Positions 19,531 to 20,000 of a DNA stretch of 20,000 bases are shown in pieces. The notes beneath the pieces are model-generated. The model was not told the origin of the DNA, ran no database searches, and saw only the letters and a program-made list of their open reading frames with translations. The stretch is from Catajapyx aquilonaris (lineage: Eukaryota): the NCBI GenBank assembly GCA_000934665.2, contig JYFJ02001991.1, positions 44,965-64,964 on the forward strand, given 5' to 3'. The first letter of the stretch is position 1, and every line of letters begins with the position of its first letter. The translations under genes and the position numbers were made by a program.

Positions 19531-20000
19531 TCAGCTGTATAGTGCTCTATGCAGATTAAGTGCTTTCTTCTTAATTGCACTTTTTTTAAAGCAATATCTA
19601 GGATTAAGTTTTTTTGAATCTATTCCCCTGATAGCAAAACAGGGTGTAGATCATAGATGGCATGACGGACGATCGATTCTACTGAAAAATAGGAGTTTTG
19701 TTCCAAAAAAATATGGGACCCAATTTGAATCCATATTGCCTGATAAAAGTTGGAATAAAAAACGAGTGTGCTTAAAAGTCCTATTAGTCTACCGACAACA
19801 ATTCATTAGTTAATAGCATTTGCATTCGAATGTACACATTGGATACTGTAGACTGTACTAGCGATAGCAATGGGGACATCAGCATTGTAACGGATAATGG
19901 TTCTGTTATGTCCGGAGACCGAGGAACTGCTGAATGATACACTACGCCATCTTTGCTACTCCTTTATTTCTTTTGTTTTACTCCGAGAGGTGCTGCCACC

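Overview
Eukaryotic, almost certainly arthropod, genomic DNA that is mostly intron. The only supportable coding sequence is one 107-bp minus-strand exon (13832-13938) with canonical AG/GT splice sites. It encodes the start of an Ig domain of a DIP/lachesin (IgLON-like) neural adhesion protein, closest from memory to Drosophila DIP-epsilon/zeta. The rest is non-autonomous mobile elements and tandem repeats: two tRNA-derived SINE families, a Tc1/mariner-type MITE and a hAT-type MITE (each with an empty-site copy inside the window), a foldback element carrying a nested SINE, Helitron/DINE-like repeats, and several minisatellites. The most interesting signal is a shared structured 3' end (hairpins + CACGGGGTA + A-rich tail) in four otherwise unrelated retroposed inserts. 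One of these is a ~62-bp insertion consisting only of that end, flanked by a perfect 13-bp target-site duplication (TSD). This points to one LINE partner serving several passengers. No prokaryotic features or CRISPR arrays were seen. All alignments were made by eye and no database search was run.
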